The notes under the pieces are model-generated. The model saw nothing but the letters and a program-made list of their open reading frames with translations. It did not search any database and had not been told where the DNA came from. Positions 57,554 through 61,191 of a stretch of DNA of 61,191 bases are shown here, piece after piece; positions within the stretch are counted from its first letter, which is position 1; each line of letters begins with the position of its first letter. The DNA comes from a virus, in IMG/VR virus record IMGVR_UViG_3300033150_001094, positions 1 through 61,191 of that record; one strand, written 5' to 3'. Made by a program: the position numbers and the translations under genes.

Positions 57554-58332
57554 ACGATTGGCGGTCATGTGTTTGGGTCAATGGCAGAGCCGCCTTTGCG
57601 TGGGAGCCGGTAATCGGTTGTTGGCCAGTGAGCGTTGCTTGTGAGTATTGCATAGCGGCCGAACAGGTTGCTCGAATGCAAAAGCAACGCTCGAAACGAG
57701 CCGATGCCTTGGTTGACGAACATGGCAATTGGACAGGCAGCGTGCGGTGTACCCCAGAGATGAACGTGCCGGTGTTTTTGCGAACCCCCCATGTTTTTGA
57801 GGTATGCCCTCGCAGTGACCTGTTTTACGAAGGCGTGCCAGACGAAGTGCGAAGCAAGGTATTCGATATCATGGCCGACAATCCGCAACATCGCTACCTT
57901 GTGTTTACTCGCAGGCCGGCATTGCTAAAGGAGTGGGTTGAATCAGAACGCCCCAGGTTGCCTGGGTGTGTGTGGGTAGGGGTGTCGGCGTCCACGCAAG
58001 GCGAGGCTAATGTGGGGGCCAGCATATTGTCCGAATTGCACGTTGCCGGACGGATGTTGCGGCTACAGCCAATCTTGGAGCCAATCAGACCAGTCGTGAA
58101 GCCGGATCAGAACTGGTGGATCATTGCTGGGTTGCGGACTCGGTATGCTGGGCATCGTAGGTGCCCGGAATCACACAACCGATTTTTGCAGGCCGTGTGT
58201 GACACGGCGCCTAGCGGGGTGCCGGTGATGGTGCTGAGCTATTCCGAAAATGGGGTAGTCAAGCACACAGAAGGAAGGTCGAACGTGTGGCGGTGCGAGG
58301 CGCCCGCCGAAATCGTCTCCACTTTTCAATAA
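57517..58332 (+). CDS. DUF5131 (phage Gp37/Gp68-like) protein
   Basis: WEPVIGCWPVSVACEYC..., VFEVCPRSDLFYEGVPDEV, HRYLVFTRRP, VWVGVSAS and LQPILEPI follow the family layout. Confidence 0.6.
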   Translation: MWPRTWRKKRQLNDWRSCVWVNGRAAFAWEPVIGCWPVSVACEYCIAAEQVARMQKQRSKRADALVDEHGNWTGSVRCTPEMNVPVFLRTPHVFEVCPRSDLFYEGVPDEVRSKVFDIMADNPQHRYLVFTRRPALLKEWVESERPRLPGCVWVGVSASTQGEANVGASILSELHVAGRMLRLQPILEPIRPVVKPDQNWWIIAGLRTRYAGHRRCPESHNRFLQAVCDTAPSGVPVMVLSYSENGVVKHTEGRSNVWRCEAPAEIVSTFQ

Positions 58333-58342
58333 GGAGAGGAAG

Positions 58343-58552
58343 ATGCGACTTGTCATTGACAGTGATCGGCGTGAGGTCAAGCTGTACCGAAAGGAGCTGA
58401 CCAGAATCAATGAAGTGTGCGGGTTGATGCGTATGTTGGCACACTACGCCCCCGAGGATCATGTGGCTGCTGCCGCCCAAAAGGCGGCTGAATCGCTGGA
58501 AGCAATCGTCAATTGCTTCTCCGCACCCGACGAGAAAAACGAAGCCGTTTAG
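58343..58552 (+). CDS. hypothetical protein (69 aa)
   Basis: Strong SD AAGGAGAGG. Confidence 0.55.
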   Translation: MRLVIDSDRREVKLYRKELTRINEVCGLMRMLAHYAPEDHVAAAAQKAAESLEAIVNCFSAPDEKNEAV

Positions 58553-58679
58553 GAGTCGCCCTGCACACGCAGGCGCGGATTGACGCAGAATGCCCCCGCC
58601 CCCTCCGTCAAGGCGGCTGGTCGTGGTCGCTGTGGGCTGCGGCCAGCCGTCTGACGGGGTGATCCAAAGGATACTGGCA

Positions 58680-58883
58680 ATGTGTGATATCTGTAAGGAC
58701 GGAAAATGTGGCGAGTGCTGGCGTTGCAAGTACGAAGAGTTGCGGAAAGCCGTAGCTGAGATGCGTGAAGCGCAGAAGAGTTTCTTTTCTGGCAAAAGCC
58801 GGTACACGCTGATACAGGCGAAGAAACTTGAACAGAGGGTAGATCGTCTGGTAGGCGAACATTCCCAAGGGCGTTTGTTTTAA
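58680..58883 (+). CDS. small Cys-rich protein (67 aa)
   Basis: MCDICKDGKCGECWRCKYEEL... This is the internal Met of ORF 58590..58883. Confidence 0.45.
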   Translation: MCDICKDGKCGECWRCKYEELRKAVAEMREAQKSFFSGKSRYTLIQAKKLEQRVDRLVGEHSQGRLF

Positions 58884-59242
58884 TGAACATGCACATGCTT
58901 GAAGTAGCGATTGCCGTTGAATGCGCAGAATGCGGTCGCCGACTGAACAAGCAGATCACGAGCATAGACTTCAACCACAGCACGAGCGAGTGGAGAATTA
59001 CGGTTGCGCCTTGTCCATACTGCCTCAAGGGAAAGCAGTCGAAACCTTTGTTTCATCGCAAAGATGAATGTCTAGAGAAGTTTTGCGATGAGTGCGAAGC
59101 TCTGCTGGAAAAATGTATCATCCGCCAACAAGGCAATGCCTCAGACGAATGGTGTATTTCAGAATCAGCCGCAATCGAAATTGCGGAAGCACTGGAAGAT
59201 GCCGTGGCCCGGCTTCGCTGTCGTGATCGTATTCAAGACTGA
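58883..59242 (+). CDS. zinc-ribbon protein (119 aa)
   Basis: CAECG...CPYC. TAATG overlap. Confidence 0.5.
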   Translation: MNMHMLEVAIAVECAECGRRLNKQITSIDFNHSTSEWRITVAPCPYCLKGKQSKPLFHRKDECLEKFCDECEALLEKCIIRQQGNASDEWCISESAAIEIAEALEDAVARLRCRDRIQD

Positions 59243-59244
59243 CC

Positions 59245-59290
59245 GGACATAAAGCACCCAGGCCCCGGCGGCGTGGTGGGGACACGCAGG
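59245..59290 (+). repeat. orphan copy of the tRNA-like 5' module
   Basis: GGACATAA-N9-GCCCCGGCGGCGTGGTGGGGACACGCAGG aligns with 60814-60859, but no T-arm follows. Confidence 0.7.
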
Positions 59291-59340
59291 TTTTGCGTTG
59301 GAAAGCTCGTTGAAACGACTACAGCAGAAAGGTGCTTATC

Positions 59341-59763
59341 GTGAAACGCCGTGAATTTCTTGGAAGCATTGTCACATTGCCTTGCCTAGCAGCAACCACC
59401 AAGCACGAGGAGCAGCCGCTTGTCGTGTCGCCGCCGGAGCCCCCAAAGCAACGGTGTCGCGTACACAAAGAACTTTACGTGGAGGTGAAAGTCGATACTG
59501 ATGATCGGAAAATAGTGATTTGTCATGCCTGCCCTGAATGCTATGTATATCACGAGGCAACATTGCCCTGCGAAGCGTTTGATGTTTTCACTATGAACTT
59601 GTATTGCATACATGCACACTACCGGCGCCTCCTGACGCTTCCCGCAGACAGGAAAGAGGTACAAATATACGCACCCATTCCGCACGGCTGGAAAACGGAG
59701 AAACGCCGACTGAAAAGTGTGGCCATTTGGAACGCCCGTGAGCTGTGGATTTGGTCTGGCTGA
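59341..59763 (+). CDS. secreted protein candidate with twin-arginine signal
   Basis: V-KRREFLGSIVTLPCLAA at the N-terminus (GTG start after AGAAAGGTG). The mature part is Cys/His-rich. Confidence 0.5.
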   Translation: MKRREFLGSIVTLPCLAATTKHEEQPLVVSPPEPPKQRCRVHKELYVEVKVDTDDRKIVICHACPECYVYHEATLPCEAFDVFTMNLYCIHAHYRRLLTLPADRKEVQIYAPIPHGWKTEKRRLKSVAIWNARELWIWSG

Positions 59764-59782
59764 GGGCCAAGGACACGACGGT

Positions 59783-60241
59783 ATGAAACGCGAGATCGTT
59801 TACAAGGTGGTGCGCGTAGAGGGCGACAAACGCTTGTCAGCCGTCACAAATGGTGTCTGGCAAGTCGAATACAAGCCAGGCAAAGTCACGCGGCCGCGGA
59901 AGCGCACGAAACTACTGGCCTTCAAGTCACGCGAAGCTGCCCTGGATTTCACTCGCTTCATCGCCAAGATCGAGAGAGATGATGTGTTTGAAATCTGGAA
60001 ATGCGAGGCGCGCGATTGCGAAGCCGTGTACAATCTGCCGGGCTGCGGACGCGCAAACGACTTCATAGATTTCTGGCGAAAACTCAGTCGCTGCGAGTTC
60101 TTTTCAGTACGCCCAAGAACGAAAGTGTGCCTTTTTATGGCACCGCCTGGGACTGTTGCCTGTTCTGCACTCAAACTACGGGTGAGGGTCGCTAGATACA
60201 CCAATCGAAAAAAGTCGCAAACGGAAACGGCCAATGATTAG
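59783..60241 (+). CDS. VYKVV-family paralogue 7 (dispersed copy)
   Basis: MKREIVYKVVRVEGDKRLSAV...LLAFKSREAALDF...EIWKCEA...PPGTVACSALKL. Confidence 0.65.
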   Translation: MKREIVYKVVRVEGDKRLSAVTNGVWQVEYKPGKVTRPRKRTKLLAFKSREAALDFTRFIAKIERDDVFEIWKCEARDCEAVYNLPGCGRANDFIDFWRKLSRCEFFSVRPRTKVCLFMAPPGTVACSALKLRVRVARYTNRKKSQTETAND

Positions 60242-60242
60242 T

Positions 60243-60380
60243 GCCTCGGCGGCGTGGTGGGAACACGCAGTTAGACGGAGGGCGTGTTAAGTCCGCGCGG
60301 TAGCGTCCAGACGGAGCCGTCCGGCCGTAGGCGGAGGCGCCAGCGAGCCGGACTACCGGGTTCGAATCCCGGCCGGGGCT
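60243..60380 (+). ncRNA. tRNA-like element 1 (acceptor, D- and T-arms present; 83-nt insert replaces the anticodon region)
   Basis: 7-bp acceptor GCCTCGG/CCGGGGC, D-arm GCGT-ggtgggaac-ACGC, T-arm CCGGG-TTCGAAT-CCCGG. No canonical anticodon hairpin and no CCA. Confidence 0.55.
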
Positions 60381-60472
60381 CTGTAGGCTTGGATAACAGC
60401 AGTGGAACACAGGCGCCGTTTCACGTGGAACATTGACGGAGTACGAAAGGTGAATGCACATGCGCAGGGCGT

Positions 60473-60763
60473 GTGAAATATCGGCACAAGTCGCCACATG
60501 AGGATGATTGGTCGCCGATGTGGCGGGTGTGGCCCGTAACGGCCAGTGACGACTGGTGCAAAATGTGGGAGCCGAAGGAGGAGGAAGACACATACACGCT
60601 TGATGCCACGAAGATCAGCCTGGAAAACTGGGAGGGGTTCAAGCGCGTTCGCAAACGCCCTGTAGTCGTGCATGCTGTCCAATTGCACGAGCCATTCTAT
60701 GTTGACACCAAAGAGGGCCGCATGACGGGCAAGGCCGGAGATTGGTTAAAAGTATCCCATTGA
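60473..60763 (+). CDS. small beta-rich phage protein, C-terminus displaced to the +1 frame
   Basis: ...RKRPVVVHAVQLHEPFYVDTKEGRMTGKAGDWLK then stop. The +1 frame continues YPIDNRIFRDTYEILE* to 60803, which is the ending expected for this common family. Confidence 0.5.
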   Translation: MKYRHKSPHEDDWSPMWRVWPVTASDDWCKMWEPKEEEDTYTLDATKISLENWEGFKRVRKRPVVVHAVQLHEPFYVDTKEGRMTGKAGDWLKVSH

Positions 60764-60830
60764 CAACCGCATTTTCAGAGACACGTACGAAATCTTGGAG
60801 TGAGACGCCGACTGGACATAATGAGTCGTT

Positions 60831-60970
60831 GCCTCGGCGGCGTGGTGGGAACACGCAACCTTGCGCGTCCGCAAAGTAGCTTGGTGAGGCAGGCGAACTG
60901 CGGAAGAAGGTGGCCGAGACCGCTTGGCGTAATAAGGCCGGCCTACCGGGTTCGAATCCCGGCCGGGGCA
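60831..60970 (+). ncRNA. tRNA-like element 2 (same 27-nt ends as element 1, different 85-nt insert)
   Basis: The 5' 27 nt and 3' 27 nt are identical to element 1. A CATAAT box lies 9 nt upstream. The insert forms ACCTT/AAGGT and GGCCG/CGGCC helices. Confidence 0.55.
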
Positions 60971-61021
60971 CTTCGTTCGGATCAGGCAAACGGGGCGAAC
61001 ATTGGTCATAGGGGAAAAGAC

Positions 61022-61191
61022 ATGACTGAACAGCGAATGTGGATGCTGGTAGCTCAAATTTACGCACACCTGCTGACTGCACAGCAGATGTTCGGGGACC
61101 GCGATGCACTTTACTCCGACGAGCGCCAGCACGTGCGTGAGCACTTGAACGCCGCAATTGCGGTAGCCCAAAAGTTGTTTTCCACTGAGGC
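61022..61191 (+). CDS. hypothetical protein, N-terminal part (continues at 2..166 across the junction)
   Basis: ATG at 61022: MTEQRMWMLVAQIYAHLLTAQQMFGDRDAL... Confidence 0.5.
   Translation, partial: MTEQRMWMLVAQIYAHLLTAQQMFGDRDALYSDERQHVREHLNAAIAVAQKLFSTE
61078..61191. repeat. terminal direct repeat, right copy
   Basis: Identical to bases 1-114. Confidence 0.95.

Noticed and set aside
59262-60857. Three copies of the 27-nt GCCYCGGCGGCGTGGTGGGRACACGCA as a CRISPR-like array.
   Set aside because: There are only three copies at irregular spacing (981 and 588 nt). Protein-coding genes lie between them, and two copies are clearly the 5' halves of tRNA-like folds.
60831-60970. tRNA-like element 2 as a mini-tmRNA. 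One internal frame ends ...GAC CGC TTG GCG TAA TAA (tag-like ...DRLA followed by a double stop).
   Set aside because: It is only 140 nt long. Element 1 has no comparable frame. No pseudoknot series or resume-codon context is visible, and the reading frame is preceded by an in-frame TGA only 14 codons upstream.
60243-60970. tRNA-like elements as attP-type integration targets of a temperate phage.
   Set aside because: No integrase or excisionase is recognisable anywhere. Both elements carry complete acceptor and T-arm pairs rather than a 3' fragment.

Overview
The window is a complete, circularly closed tailed-phage genome. Bases 1-114 are identical to 61078-61191, so the unit length is 61,077 bp. 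It is GC-rich and uses Shine-Dalgarno sites and intrinsic terminators.

It has four transcription blocks:
1. A plus-strand replication/recombination/early block runs from 51.5 kb across the junction to 7.8 kb. It holds an ERF annealase, SF2 helicase, Zn-finger/Toprim primase, HNH, YqaJ exonuclease, a DUF5131-like protein, RuvC, two DNA methyltransferases, a PD-(D/E)XK protein, a RyR-domain protein and two aberrant tRNA-like RNAs.
2. The minus strand carries five autonomous promoter-gene-terminator mini-cassettes (8.0-10.4 kb), followed by an operon with a scrambled AAA+ ATPase (11.0-14.2 kb).
3. A plus-strand operon (14.4-18.6 kb) encodes a beta-solenoid protein followed by six tandem paralogues of an unassigned ~150-aa family. 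A seventh copy sits at 59.8 kb.
4. A 33-kb minus-strand virion/lysis block (51.4 to 18.6 kb) reads scaffold, major capsid, LamG-type protein, TerS/TerL, portal, adaptor, tail proteins, three beta-helix tailspikes, a lysis cassette with a papain-like peptidase, internal-protein-like genes and a 1571-aa protein.

I recognised no integrase, repressor, DNA polymerase, RNA polymerase, tape-measure protein or CRISPR array.

The most interesting signals are:
- the two ~140-nt tRNA-like elements, in which unrelated 83-85-nt inserts replace the anticodon region;
- the amplified paralogue family beside the beta-solenoid gene;
- the five cassettes that share junction architecture and a 16-17-nt motif found in 10 clear copies (plus degenerate ones) upstream of early-type units;
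- two mirror-image G-depleted tracts flanking that array;
- several frame-broken or segment-swapped accessory genes;
- a consensus sigma70-type promoter with a ~310-nt structured leader before the capsid gene.

All functional calls come from reading motifs in the translations by eye. No database search was run.
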